Source: Bigelowiella natans CCMP2755
Taxonomy: Eukaryota > Protista > Cercozoa
DNA length: 64,000 bases
Reading direction: 5' to 3'
Assembly (NCBI GenBank): GCA_000320545.1
Contig: ADNK01000618.1
Span: forward strand, 62,001-126,000
In this document: positions 1 to 14,176 of the stretch, one piece after another
How the letters are laid out: every line of letters starts with the position of its first letter
Numbering within the stretch: position 1 is the first letter of the stretch
The notes under the pieces: generated by a model
The model's input: the letters and a program-made list of their open reading frames with translations, nothing else
What the model was told of the DNA's origin: nothing
Database searches by the model: none
Translations under genes and position numbers: made by a program

Positions 1-198
1 AATTACACCGAAAATATCCTATAAAGCTGGTGCCCGCCTGCGGGCTCTGTCCCAGGCCCAAACATATCTCCGAAACCTGTAAATCCGCCTGCGTTTCTGG
101 CATCGGCAGAGCTCCGAGAAGGCCATTTTCAAGGAGAAATCGCCTTTGTTTTCTGCTCCTCACAGGTGCAGAGTACGAGTAAGCGTTGCCGCTTCACA

Positions 199-1238
199 AT
201 GGCCCCCTACCACCGTGTGGTGGCCCTCCGAGCGCAGCGACGGTTGGGGGCTTCTCCCCCCCCTCCTCGCCACAAGCTTTCACTGTCAGCTCTGATGCGG
301 CTGCGGCTTTGTTGCTGGACCTCCATCGTGACCACCACAACTACTACTCCTACGACAACTACTACCCCTCTTAACCGGCATTCTCTCATCCCGCTGGCGC
401 AGCAGGAGCCCCTTCAACCCGGACGGCAGTTTTCCCTGTCCCCACCCTCACTGTACCTCCAATCTGCACAGTATCCTTCATCATCGATATCATCGTCATT
501 GTCGCCCGCTATGCAGCTTCGTCGTCACGTGCTTCCCGCTGCATCCCAGCCAGAATTGCACAGGTATGGCTTAAAGGCTCGGGGGTTTGCCGATTCAAAC
601 AAAGCTCTGCACGGAACGAGGTCGATTTACTTCCTGATATATAATTACGGTTTGCCATAGCTCTCAATTCTCCTGTAACTTGTCATATTCTGTTAGGACC
701 TGGCTAAGACGCTGCTCCGTCTCCTCCTCCTCCTCCTCCTCCTCCTCCTCCTCCTCCTCCTCCTCCTCCCCCTCAAGCAATGAGGACCCTGACGGGAACA
801 ACGGTGATTCTGTGATTGGAGTATGCGCAATTGAGGTCATAGTAGCTGGAGTTCCGGGGAATATGGCAGAAATGCTGTGCGAGGAGATCATTGACAGGGT
901 GAGTCATTCGGCTCTCCTGCGAAAGAGCATTTCTCATTTCTGGAATAGTAGTAGTAGTAGCAGTAGTAGTAGCAGCAGTAGTAGTAGCAGCAGTAGTAGT
1001 AGCAGTAGTAGTAGCAATAGTAATAGTAGTAGTAGTAGTAGTAGTAGTAGTAGCAATAGTAATAGTAGTAGTAGTAGTAGATGTAGTAGTAGTAGCAGTA
1101 GCAGTAGCAGTAGTAGTAGTAGTAGTTGTAGTAGTAGCAGTAGTAGTAGCAGCAGTAGTAGTAGTTGTAGTAGTAGAGGGATAGAAGAAGAAAAAATAAT
1201 GAGAGTAGCCAGCAAGATTGGTTATTTGTGCGCACCAG

Positions 1239-1282
<44 letters not shown>

Positions 1283-3560
1283 CTAATGAAGAAAACTATT
1301 AGAGCGTAGATTGGACACACAGCCCTATGATGGAGAAACATGTGTATGTATATGACGAGAGTACAACGATGACATGCTCAGGGTTCGGATACAGTAACGA
1401 TTGAAGAGGAGCTGGCACCAGGAGAAGAGGAATCGCCTGTATTCGACCGTGTAACTACTGAGAACATGTGGAAGAAGGTGAGATCCTCATCGTAACAGAG
1501 CATTAGCAAGAGTAGCGGCAGCGTATAGATGTGGTGCTAGCCACAATGTTGTCGTATCATAATCGTTTTCCGTCCTTCTCGTCACTTCCATGCTTCACGA
1601 AACGATGATGATAGGTGACGCTCAGAGCATTCTTCACACCTGGGGAGGACGGTAGACGGGCAGTAAGATAGAGGGTGTACTTTCGAGAATGGAGGGCCTC
1701 TAAACTTGCCAATATTGAAACATGCGTCGTTCTAGAAAACAGCAGCAGTTCATATGAAAAATGATAATGATGATGATGATAATGTTCAAGGCACGTCCTT
1801 GTGCATGGAGGCTGCGAATATACTTGGAATTGGCGATCAGATCTCGGTTTCGGTCAAAGAGGTAAATGGTCTTTGGTGCGTGATGCTGTGACTTCGCTGT
1901 CTCTTGACCATTGCGTGATAACAACGACGTGACTGCAACAATGAAACACAGGTAGGTAGCGAGGACTGGGTGCAGTCTGTCAAGGACACGTACCAGCCAA
2001 TACAAATCCTGGATAAACTATGGATTGTGCCTGAATGGTCAGATGCTAAGGTTGGCAGCTTGACGACGACGACAACGATGACGTCTAATATTTCCCCTTG
2101 TTTCTTATGTTTTGTATGATCAAGCACCCCCCGCACATGTGGTGTGATTACTGATGTGTGTTGGCGTGATATGCGTTGACGGTTGTATGATTTATTTTTC
2201 AATCTCATTTAATGAACACAACCGATCTGACAGACTTACAACGTCTTATTCGTAGGATCCAAGTGCTGTGAATGTTGTACTCACGCCAGGCCTAGCATTC
2301 GGTCTCACTATTAAAATGATAATAATGATAATAACTCCTTTTCCTAAAAATAAAATATGACGGCTGCTGTAGAGACATGGGAAAGATACTGACGATTGTG
2401 ATCTCATCACACAGTCAAAAACTGTCATACCATCGATGTGCTGTGATTTCCGAGTAATCCTCTACTCTCTAGAAGAGTCGGCCATTTTTATCGTTAAGAT
2501 TTGACCTCTTTATTCAGTATTTGTGTCGACTGCAATAGAGTAAGATCCTTATTATACGCCATGCCCACACATACACACACACACACAGGTACGGGCGACC
2601 ATCCCACCACGAGGCTGTGCCTCAAGTACATCTCTGGCTTGGCAGAGGGTAAAAGTGGATCGTCCTCTCCCGTTCAAGGTTGATGCGAAACCATACTGCT
2701 CATATCCTGCAGCAAGATGTGGTTAAACAGCTCGTACAAATGCGTTTGATGGACCCTTTGCATGGCAATACATGCTCTGTGTTGGTATTGCATATTCGCA
2801 ATGGTAGGCAACTTTTACTACCTCCCTCTTGCCTTTAGGTCTATCAGTCTTGGATATGGGCACCGGCTCTGGCGTTCTCTCCATTGCTGCTGCTTTATAC
2901 GGTGTGCAGCACAACAACAGTCACAGGCATTTACAGCAGCCTGCTCATTCTGGCACCCTGCCCTTCCTATCTATCCACTTATATTTGCAGGCGCGTCACG
3001 GTGCGTAGGAATTGATGTTGACAAGGTATCTGTCGCTGCTGCACAGCGTAATGTGGAGTTGAACGGTTTATCGGATAAGATTACAGTCCTCGAAGCAACT
3101 GAATCATCATCAATGGTAAAGACGTAATTATTCTCAAGTTTTTTCGGCTCAATTTGATGTCTTATTGATCACTGATTGCCTTTGACTGTCTGCTACTACA
3201 CCCCTCCCCTCTCTAACCAGAACGGTGGCCTCTTCGATATTGTGATCGCAAACATCCATATGAATGTGTTGTTGTCACTGAAGAAAATTCTCTCGGAGAG
3301 TGTACGTCCCGGAGGCCGCCTGGCCCTTAGTGGCATTCTCGTAAGTTTTGGGAGCGGTTGAAAGTTTCAAATAGGGGAGGAAGATGAGTACGCAGGAATA
3401 GTAGGAAACTTAATTTTTCTGATTTATAATCTATGTGTCGTACCAGACTGATCAAACGGAGAGGATTATCGACGAGTTTAGCCAGCTTGGGTTTGTTGAT
3501 TTCTCCGTAAAAGAGGATGATGGATGGGTTCTACTTACATCTATTAAGTCTACAAGCTAG
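199..3560 (+). CDS. prmA: Ribosomal protein L11 methyltransferase (PrmA family), multi-exon, with long N-terminal extension (probably organelle-targeted)
   Basis: Spliced exons give EDWVQSVKDTYQPIQILDKLWIVPEW, LTPGLAFG|TGDHPTTRLCL, VLDMGTGSGVLSIAA, GIDVDKVSVAAAQRNVELN, FDIVIANI, PGGRLALSGIL, and end at ...GWVLLTSIKSTS* (3560). The start codon is uncertain. Confidence 0.92.
943..1277. repeat. Intronic (TAG/CAG)n and (TA)n microsatellites, representative of many intronic SSRs in the window
   Basis: Direct inspection. Similar (GA)n, (CA)n, (TA)n, (GAT)n and (GGA)n tracts occur in introns at 17-25, 36.8-41.5, 43.7-50, 55.6-57 and 62.5-64 kb. Confidence 0.95.
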
Positions 3561-4683
3561 ACGCTTAGCCCACACACGCACAGTATATACATGGCGCTTA
3601 CATGCCTGTATCACAGCAGTAAATTATTGAATTTACAATAGCCGTGGGAAGACTGGAAGCGATTGAATGCCAATGATCTCTGAATGTTATACCCTTGCTG
3701 TCAAACAAGTAATACCAAGTACTTGTGGGTGAGCTAGGATCACATATATTAAGAAGCAAGAACGCTTTCATTGTACATATCGTAAATATGGGATCGGAGA
3801 CACACTGCTAGACTGTCGCTGCACATGTGTGATGAGTTGCGTCCGCGATGCCATCGTCTTGCCGTGCGATCGGCGCACCCATGTCTAGATACATCAATTG
3901 CATGGCTTCCTTCATTTTCGCCGCAGCTCTAGCTAGAGCTAGCGCAGGTCGCATCGCAGTCCAAACACGTGCAGAGGCGATGAACACAGCTAGACAGCTG
4001 CAGCTGCAAAAGCAGTTCGCATGCTAGTATGCAATGCTCATTCACTCATCACATCTCACACATGCATGACTACAATTGATCTGTCACATTCGCACGTCGT
4101 TGTTTCTGGCATGAAGTTCGCACACATGCTCTAGCAGCATGCGCCGACAGATTTGATCCATCTCTAACTTTATATGGTATAGGTGGGCATTGCTAGATTG
4201 ACTAAGTTGCAGAGTGAACCGCGCCTCACGTGACTGCATGCTGACGAGTATGTCAAGCACATACATGCGTACGTGCACACTCCTAGATAGCTAGATTAGT
4301 TGTTGCGTATGCGTCAGCCAGACAAGCGTACATGGAGTCTACTCGGCGACGCTTCTGTATGCGAGTGTACATTGATCTATCCTGCTATTGCTAAAATCGT
4401 TCAGCTGTGTAAAAATGTAGATCTAGATATGTTTTTACATGTACATAATTCTATGTTTTGTCTACACCATAAAGTTCAACTTGCAGAAAGCGTATGCAGT
4501 GGTACACAGACTGGGGTATGTCTGTGAGAATGACAGCATGCAGTAATCGGAACGAATACTGTTGATCCATAACTTATGTACAAATGTAATCGTGATATTT
4601 TAAGTTTTTATCATCATCACCACAATAACATTCACAACACATCTATGGACGTCTACGCACGACATAAGTGTGCTAACTTAAAC

Positions 4684-5564
4684 TTAAGCAGCCTCCGGGA
4701 AGAGTTCCGCAAGTTGCCTATCCATGATACGCTTACGTGCCCTGCTAAATCGAAGGTATTCAAGAGTCTCCTTTCGAACTTCTTCTTTCGTTTCCTAACG
4801 TTATCGTCTTTATTAGGGCATCAACCAAAAAAAAGGAAAAGTAATATTACCATTCCGGATTCCTTGAAAGCAGACAGAAGGTGTTGAAGCACCATGGGGT
4901 CGAAATCACGTTTCTTCGAAAATTGAACCAAAGTATCGATGCGTTGCTGCAGAATAAAAATTAAATTATGGTCCTCAACATTATGCAAGAGAAAATCTTA
5001 TTCATAAACACTCACCTTAGGGTCTGTGAGCTTCTCCATAGTCCAGTCCTTCTCTTTGATCTTGAGCGCTTTCTTAACCCTTTTAATGAATTCTGGACTG
5101 TAAGCAGCATCACCCTCAACAGATGCTCCATCCTCATCTGCGTGTACTCTAAAGTTTCTGAAAGCCGGCCTGGACTTCATTCCGAAAACTGTAGAGCATG
5201 GCGCTGAAAAGGAGGGATGGTTAATTAGTGTTTAATACAATTGGAGGCATAATTCACAACAATCATGTTCTCATTACATTCAAATAAAATCGATATGATA
5301 TACCTGTCGTTCTCTGAGACATTACTAACCCTCTCTCGAGACCTAAAAATTATAAATTATCGAACTCATTAACACATACCCCACTAATTTGTGCACCATG
5401 AAGTTGGACGAGATCTTATGTTGTCAAGATTTCACTGAAAGTGTTGAGAAATAATTGCGAAAAGTACCATGGTTTTTATTTGTAGTGAAGAAGAATATTA
5501 GAAGCAGGGCTGACGTAGCTAGGGACAGGGCGAACGCCGTGCGTAGGGAGGTGGTGGCCACCAT
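4684..5564 (-). CDS. Unknown small protein with bipartite (signal + transit-like) leader, probably plastid-targeted
   Basis: MVATTSLRTAFALSLATSALLLIFFFT (hydrophobic) ... KSRPAFRNFRVHA then acidic DEDGASVEG. Downstream GT-AG exons join in frame to ...RKRIMDRQLAELFPEAA*. Phase of exons 2-3 not fully resolved. Confidence 0.7.
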
Positions 5565-6830
5565 TGTTTCCAGCTATATTTATAAGACCTTGTTGTCACT
5601 CCTAACATACAAAGAAACAAACAGAAAGAGACATGCGACTGTATATTTATTGTAATCATAAAATAAAATGTAGGACATTTTGTGTTTCATTAGAGATCGA
5701 GTTTGAACAATTGAACTCATACGCAGACTCATAATCTTCAGATCTATAATGTACAGGGAATATTCAGTAAATATTTAGATAGCATTTAATTATTCAAATA
5801 TTTATGCTCCTGTATTCCAAATTGTCATTTATTACAGCTAGCTACACTAAATATTAGAATGTCGAATCTGAATTTAATGAGCCGGCCTGCCGAGTTTTAA
5901 TTTTGTATTTATCGCTGCAAAATTGGTAAGCAAATACCTAAAATACGCCATAAAATTATGTTGTTTTCTTCTTGGTTATGCTCAAATTGAACGCTTTTTG
6001 AGATAAAGGGAAAATAAACCCCCTTTGGTGACAAATTCAATTGAGGTGCAAAATAGTTGCAATCTTGTTCTTCGGGTTTTCGAGTGAAACGCCGATGCTA
6101 TCGTCCGTTTGAAAATTAACCTACATTTTCGAAGATTTAGAGCTTCACGGTGCTTTTTACGACGTAAATCCCATAGAGATGCGTACAAGGTTTGCTTCGG
6201 ATTCTGCCTGAGTTTACATATTAGTTTTAAGAAGTTCGAAGTTCACGGTAATAATATAATTCAATCCTAACGACAAAGGAATTTAAAGGAAATTCCGAGG
6301 ATATTTGCGATGGAACTGAAAATTAGTGTAAAAAATAGTCTGAATGGAGTTCCTTGCTGAGATTCTTTCAATATATTCTTATTTATGACAAACGACAATG
6401 GGGTGACGATGTCATTAAAGGGAAACATATGCCGTTCCCGATTTCACTCAAGAAGGAATGTGTGGGCGAATTTCAAAAGTAAAACACCTCAAGTGAAATA
6501 TTTACGGTGCAAGTTTACACTATAGCCTTCAGCTACGACATGAAATTTTTGAAACTGGCATACAAAAGCGTCAATGTCAGTCGTCTTGGGTCACCTCTGC
6601 TTGAGTCTGAAGAAGTAGAGGGAGACCAGCTCACACAAAAACCATAGGGGGGGGGACGCATTTATGAAGGACCCTGCAAGGTTAAAGGAGACACATATCC
6701 TCCAAAATTGTTTTATGAACCTCTCTACTTGTTGGTAGTAAAGTTGTAGATGCCACTTGAGGTCCGCATTGTCTTATCTATGGTGGTGTTGTTACAGCCG
6801 TGAGTAAATGGCTTGGGGACATCGCAAGCG

Positions 6831-9800
6831 ATGAGTGCGGTACAAGGGTGGAGGTGTAAAAAGTGCACCCTCGACAACAGGTCTGGGGCACGGAGATGCG
6901 CCGCTTGCGACCATCCTCGAGGAAGAACAAGGTGGTTAACGAGCAAGGAACATCCACATCGTTTAACTTCACATTATTCTCAGGAATCGGGCGGCACCTG
7001 AGGTCTCGATCTCTCTTCAAGAAGATAGGTATGCTTGGAAGAAGCTTGAAAGTAACGCGCGACTAACTATCTTCCTTTTTTATAACCCGCCCCCCCCCTC
7101 TTTTCTTCCAGGGCTTACGCATCAACAGAGGAGATCGTCGTGAAGTTCATCAATCCAAATCAAAACTCCTTCGATGTTGTCTCTATTGTTCCTAGCACTA
7201 CAACAAGGTTATCATGATGAAAGACAATTCCTTCCCGATATTTATCTTACAAATTTATCCACAAAGTGACGACCATTGGCCTGTCCCGGGAGTAACAGAA
7301 GAGCATTGGAAGTATATAGGCACAGATAGGTATCAGAGTTCCCTTGTTGAAATTGAGCCATCCTTTGATGAAAATATGTTATACAGCAATAAGTGGAACG
7401 GATGTCTTCGCAAAGAACCGGTACAATTGCCAGGCTGGAACAGTTGTTACAAAATTCCTCAATAATTGACAATATTTACAGGTGGAAGGGTCAGTGAAGT
7501 TTGACGCAGACATATTTGAGCCAGGAACGTACGAAGTCCAGCTACGATACTTTCGTAACGGAAGTTGGTCTAATGTACAGAAGCGAGCTCGGTTAGGTAA
7601 GTTTAAGCACAGACTTTACTGGTAACTGCTTCTGACACTTCGGCCCACAGATGTCGCTGAGACTATCGCCAAGGCCCGTCTTTTGCCGCCGCCTTCCGCC
7701 CACTTAGTTCGCTCCAAAAAAACTCTAAACGGCTTCCCACCTAAGAAAATGCACAGAGCCTTGGTGGGCCTGCAGAACATAGGTTGCGACAAATTCATGT
7801 TTGATATTGATGCCGAATATGACCTCTCGTAAAAAATTAACAGGAAACACCTGCTACATGAACGCCGCAGTTCAATGCCTTGCGACACTCACACCTCTTA
7901 TGGACGAATTTTTAGCTCGGGATCCAGTAAGTTTGATTTTCGCCTAAATACAAATACTGGCTCCAAACTAAGGAAATACTGTATTACTCTAGGGTCCTGA
8001 GCCTCCGTCATCTGGCAGATCATACTTTTCGTTAGATGTGAGACAAACTATTAATCCCATATGATGTTTCCTTGCTGATCTTTTTCGATTTTTCTCTTCA
8101 ATATTCCTCAGAGAAAAAGGTCCTCAGATCTGGACGTACCATTGGAATCACCAAAGGCCCGAACTGTGAAGATAAAAAAGGTTAATAATCTCAGCTTCAA
8201 TACCCGACTTTCGTCCTTAAAAAGAAGGGTTGCTAATGAGGGTCAATGTATTTAGGAACCGCAAATTCCTCTCAGTGAAGGGGAATGGAGATGCACAGCT
8301 TGTACATTAACCAACAAACAGGGTGATATACATTGCAAGGTATTCGAAACTCGGTAGCATGGGAGTATGATTGGCATGAATGAGCACTTACATCATTTAA
8401 TATGCTCGTTAAACTCAATGTAATATAAGTTCTTACTTTTTTATTTTTTTCTCTCTTCCCCATTAGCTTTGCGGAAAGCTAGCAGGGAGGGAAGTACGGG
8501 AGCAGGTCCGAAAGCAAGACAGCGAAAACTTACCTACGGTCGGTGTGATAATGCTTGTTGAAACGGCATGTGTGTAAAGAGAAAGAGAAAGAGAGAGAGA
8601 GTAATAGTTCTGTTAATTGCTAGCATAAACACTTAAATGCCTCTAAGCTTATGTATTTATTCTTCAGCTCCAGTTGTCAAAGAATAAATATGGAGAGGAC
8701 GATGATATACTCATAAAGTTTACAGACCCGCTTGCCCGACCTTATACAGTGATCTGCATTGTGCCAAAATCGGTTCCTGAGTATGGTGACGGGATATGGC
8801 CTATTCCCGGTTGGGATACACAAGGAGCAAGTTGGAACTACACCAAGGCCAACACTGATTCGGGAGTCACAGGTGCCTTCGACGGTGAGGTTAAGTTCTC
8901 AGCTAAAAGGATTGGAGGCGGTCAATTTCAAGCGCAGATTAGGTAGAAGAAAGATGTATATTAAGTAACAATACTAAATAACATAATATTATGTAACCGT
9001 GGAAGAGGTTGCTATGTTGGCCTTAAGCAAACGGTGATAACACTCGTGCTTTATTTTTTTATTCAGATATTATCAAGGCGGCAGCTGGTCTAAAGTTGAG
9101 ACGCATGCTAGCGTTTTTGTGAAAGGATCCCCACTAAAACCCAAGAAGCGGTGGAAGGCATCTCCTGGAGGAGGAGAAGGTGGCACCACTTCCTTCTCCA
9201 CGCCTCCTCCCTCCGGATCCATAGGAGCTAAAAATTTAGAATCTACTGCCAACTCAGCTGCTAAACCAGAAGACGTGAAAGGGAAGGGAGAGAAGACACC
9301 AAACCACGTACGGGTGGGAGAGAAGGTCAGCTCAACTAACACATTTCATTCACTTGACACGAGTTGTGTCATTGAGTGTGTGCGTCTCTCGCATTCCCCT
9401 GTTATCGTCTTCTCATTCCGTATCGCTCCACTTTAGCCCAAAACAAATCTCATTTTTTTCCAAAATACTTCATTTTGCTTCTCCTCATGCAGATACTCGC
9501 ATCATCTTTCACCGTAAAGCCCACGCCGAAGCCTCTTAAGCCGGGGGTAGTACGCATTTGAGCCATCTTTGATACTATTGATCATGATGACCACAACTGG
9601 ATATAAAATTATGCAATGGTGAAGAGTTACTGAGGACAGATGAGCCCGATGCTAATCCTGAACACTCCATCACATGCTCTTATTAACTATTGTTATTTAG
9701 GTGTTGAGTGGTGAATTTACACGATTGGTGCACATTTTAAGCAACAATGAGATTGAAGATAAGGTAATATAAAACGATGATAGTAATGATGATGAAAATT

Positions 9801-12358
9801 AACATGGGAATGTTAGCTGTGGTGAAGTAGAATGGGGGGTGATTAATCCATGTAAGGACGCCAACACATTTGTGATTCTTCCACGATGGCCCACCATTAT
9901 TTTTGCGAACTCAAACCGCTAACACTGTTCTGTTCTACCCGCACCTATTTATTCTGGTTTTCTTGTCATCATCCAGTACATATGTCCGGAGTACTTGAAA
10001 GCGCTGATTGAGCACGTTCGGCCTGAATTTAAAGGCAACGAGCAGCACGACTGCCAGGAGTTCACGCAAGCGCTACTGGATGAACTTAATTGTGACTTGA
10101 AACGCATTGAGAAGAAACCAAAAGCCAAGTCAGTCGCTTGTTCTGAAAATAGAAAGAGACTAGACTTTCGCTTTGATAATTACAGCTGATATTTGTAGCC
10201 CTCTCCCACCTCTTATTATATTTCCACCAAAAATATTCAATGGCGTCGATAATTCATTATAGAGTTACGACGTACAAAATACCAAAATAACAGCTGAAAA
10301 AAAAAATATTAGGAGGAAACGGAGGGCGAGGACAACAGTAATCCAAAAAAGTAAGAGGAGGAAAGTGCAAAAAGCACAAGAGGAACAGCATCACACGCCA
10401 ACTAAACGTGCGAACGCAATATGGGAGACATTGCGACGTCCAAACGGGTGCGTTCTTTTATTGAATTTCTATCTTCATCCGCGCTAATTCAAGTATATAC
10501 ACATGTGGTTTCTGTGTCTATGTCGTCGGTTGGCAGAAGCGTGATAAGCGAGATGTTTTTCGGCATGACCCAGAACAGAGTCGAATGTCAGACTTGCTTC
10601 AAACGTTCAACGGTGTACAGCACATTTTCGACTGTATCCCTGAACATTCCGTTGAGGAACAGGCATTCGTCCGCAAAATCACTACCAGCACGGTCGGGTG
10701 GGGGCCGGCGGTCGCTGCGCTCAGCATACAGCATACATGACAGCAGCAGCAGCAGTAATGGCCATAGTATTAGTAGCGCTGGCAGTAGTGGTGGCAAGAG
10801 GAAGAAGAAGGTTTTCGGGAGTCAGAGCAGCCGGCGACATCATCGCAGAACAACAACAACAATAGGGAGTGGGCAAGAAAATAGTAGAGGGGGGAACGAG
10901 ATACCACAAGTCGATGGAAATGGTTACCACTCCTCGATGGATCCTGGCGACGAAACCAAGACGTTGCATCAGTGTTTCCAAGACTTTACTAAAGAGGAGC
11001 GCCTGTCAGGCTCCAATGCATATTTTTGCTCTAGATGCAACAAGAGGGGGGATGCAACATGCCGCATGATGTTCTACCATTTACCTCCAGTCCTAATCAT
11101 ACATCTTAAGGTAACTCATACCACTGGGAGGGAGGGAGGGAGATAACTATGCAAGGAGGAGTGCTCACAGATCTAGGCGTCTGCTCTTTCGTCGAAATAC
11201 AACTCGTGAAACTCTCCCTGTCCCTGTCTCTATATCTGTCTCTGACTCTCTGTGTCTCTGACTGTCTCTTTTTCTCTCTTTCTTCTGCTGCTAGAGATTC
11301 GCTGCAGACGGATCAGGCAAGGCAGACTCCCAAATTGCGTTCCCGAATGAACTAGATCTTTCGCACTACTGCCTACGGTAGCCACTCACTCATAATCAGC
11401 CACTCACTCATAATCACATCAAGAAAAGAAAAGAAAACAGCAGTACCAAACGACACAATGAGGACTGCGATTTGCAGTGGGTTGTTGAGTTCGGAATTAT
11501 ATTTGTTTGTATATCTAATAACTTTTCCTATCACTTCTACCTTTATATAGATCTGCCGAGAACCTCGTCTCCAAGTACAAAAACTCCCACAGGCAGAATA
11601 GGAGCGGTGGGAAAATGAATGGGAAAAGCAAATCTGAAGAGGCGAAGAAAGCGGCTGAGGAGCAGGATGACGAGGAGGCGGCCGTTGCTGGGATGCAGGA
11701 TTGTAGATACCGACTTGTGGGCGTCGTCAACCATCAGCAGAATGACGGGTGAAGGAGAGAGAAGGGGGGGGGGGTTGGGAGAGGAGGGGGACAACAAACA
11801 AGATAATACATCAAAACTCCAGAAATCATTGCTGAAAAGAGACTTGAAACTCATCCTGCAGCGAAACTTTTCTACTTGCTGCGCCTCAATCATTACTGTT
11901 TTTACTCAGGTACAAGCACTATACCGCGTTGACATTGGCTAAACTCGATGGAAGCAGCGGGGAGAGCTCTAGTAAAGGCCCTCAGTTAGATAACCTCAAG
12001 AAGAGATCTCGAGTAAACGAGGCTGGTCAGGTCAGACTGATATTGATGGCAATGGCGATGATAATGATGATGATGATGATCCACGTCTTGTCTACAATCC
12101 TGACATAATATATTTGTATGTTCCGCTCCGCAGCCATTCTTCGGTCGTGTGTACCAAAGCGATCATGCAGGATGGGTGGAGTTCGATGATGAGAAGGTAT
12201 GTGATATGCCTTCAAGATTCGGCTTAAGTCTGTTGGATGCTAACTCGTATTGTTGTCAGGCATGGCGTTTATCCACTCACGAAGCTCGAAGTGAAAGAGC
12301 ACGCCTAAGAACTCGACGTGAAGCATATCTTCTCTTCTACGAAGCTGTTCGTAGTTAG
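6831..12358 (+). CDS. Ubiquitin-specific protease (peptidase C19) with two RanBP2-type zinc fingers and two Ig/SKICH-like domains
   Basis: WRCKKCTLDNRSGARRCAACDHPR; Cys box GLQNIG|NTCYMNAAVQCL; QHDCQEFTQALLDELN; CQTC...CSRC finger; LPPVLIIHLK|RF; YRLVGVVNH...HYTA; WVEFDDEK; AYLLFYE. Confidence 0.93.
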
Positions 12359-13412
12359 GATACGACAGTTGTAGCCATTCAGTCCATCGGTGCATTCTCG
12401 ATGGCATTGTCAACTGTCGTTCGTATATTGCTGCATGATCAGCACAGTAATAGCCAATGATTACAATCGTTGTGAAGCCCTGTCCATGTATCAATATTTT
12501 GCTGTTTGGAGACTTTGCATCCTACATAGTAGATGTCTAGATGTGCATAGCGTATTTTCTGTTGCATTATTTATTCATTCGCGCAGCGCACGCCGCCACA
12601 ACTAGACTAGAGTGGTGATATAGCTAGATAGTGGGATCACAATAGATACTACGGGCATGTGTGCTACATACCACCATTCTAGCATTGCATAGCTACATAG
12701 CTACATTAGGATGACTAGCTTATGAGAAAATGTAATAATTTCACGTACATTTAAACATCTGCTATACACATAATAAACGCACTAGAACCCTGCAAAACAA
12801 CTATATTGCACATGATCGATGTACGCGTAGATAGTTACAATGGATATTACATGTCATTTATATTACACATACTAGCATGTAACGTACTTGCATGGGACAG
12901 ACACGCATTACAGCATGTCACACTACTATACGACTGAGCAGTAGTGTCTACAGTGTGATCAGCCACGGTACGTACACCTTGCGGTATCATTTGCCACTCT
13001 GTGCACTAGTACACATCTATATGGCAGGCGGATCATGTGTGTGCGACATAATTGCATAATTGCACGCGTGACGTACATTTACGGCGCTGCGCTTCAAGGG
13101 CTAGAGGGTTATCGCCGACAGGTCTCATTAGAGGCATCAAATTTAAGCAAACAATGGATGAAAGAATCTCCAATTGTATCAACACTCGACATTCATTCAT
13201 TATGGATCATGTGTACGTGGCATACATAACAAGTGGCGCCTTCTACACATACTTAGATACACAATGATGACCGTTGCTGTTGTAGTTCTATCTATTGAAT
13301 TGCATCGTGGCTGCTACCAGATGCTTTCAGTACCAGAAGTGCTAAATGATCACCTTGGATCTGCGGTCCAGGGCGGCACGGAATTAGTGACGGACTAGAG
13401 AGCAAAGCTCTG

Positions 13413-14138
13413 CTACTCCCGACTCCTAAATGGTATTCCAGCAATTTCTGCTAATCTTCTAAATTTTTCAAATACCTGAAATCAATGATCGAGAACTTAA
13501 GTGGAAGTCACAACAGGTAGCTACCGGATTACGAACACACGAGAGCGTGCGCCAAAACGAAAACCAAAAAATTATCAGATTACCGCATTATAATCTAGAG
13601 GCGCCGTGTATCCATGCTGGTCCATGAATCCCTCACCATCGTAAGTTATTCTTTCTACCGGCTGCGGTAAACAGATTATGATGATGGGCATGAGATGACT
13701 GCACCATGCATTTGGAGATAACAACACGAGTACGACTGACCAACGAACCCCTTCTCTGTTGCCATTTGTAAGAGCGATCAACTTGCCCTCTCTACAATAT
13801 AATCATCGCAAGAGACAACAGTGCTTTTCTCAGTTAAAAAAATGATGTTTATATCTTTCAATATGAACGGGATTTATGGAACCCGTAGAAACTTGGGCTA
13901 TCATCAAAATATTTTGGTCAATAATTTGTGCACTACTCGAGAACATAACTGCAGATGTCCCCATCAGTGTCCTCGAATACGAGTGGTCCAATATTCTGAA
14001 TAGAGCAGCAACAAATAGGGGGCTTAATCTAAATTTTCAAATATGCCAAGTTTTTGATGATGAGGGTATTTTCGATTTCTCGACATAATCACACATAATA
14101 TCTCTGTAAATAAAAATATTCATATTCATATGCACATA

Positions 14139-14176
<38 letters not shown>

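Noticed and set aside
664-1309. Poly-S, poly-Y, poly-L and poly-E ORFs, and dozens of similar ORFs across the window
   Set aside because: They are translations of intronic microsatellites. Only the part at about 698-898 is a real PrmA exon.
5600-6800. Possible small gene in the 1.2-kb divergent spacer
   Set aside because: No consistent exon chain or recognisable motif.
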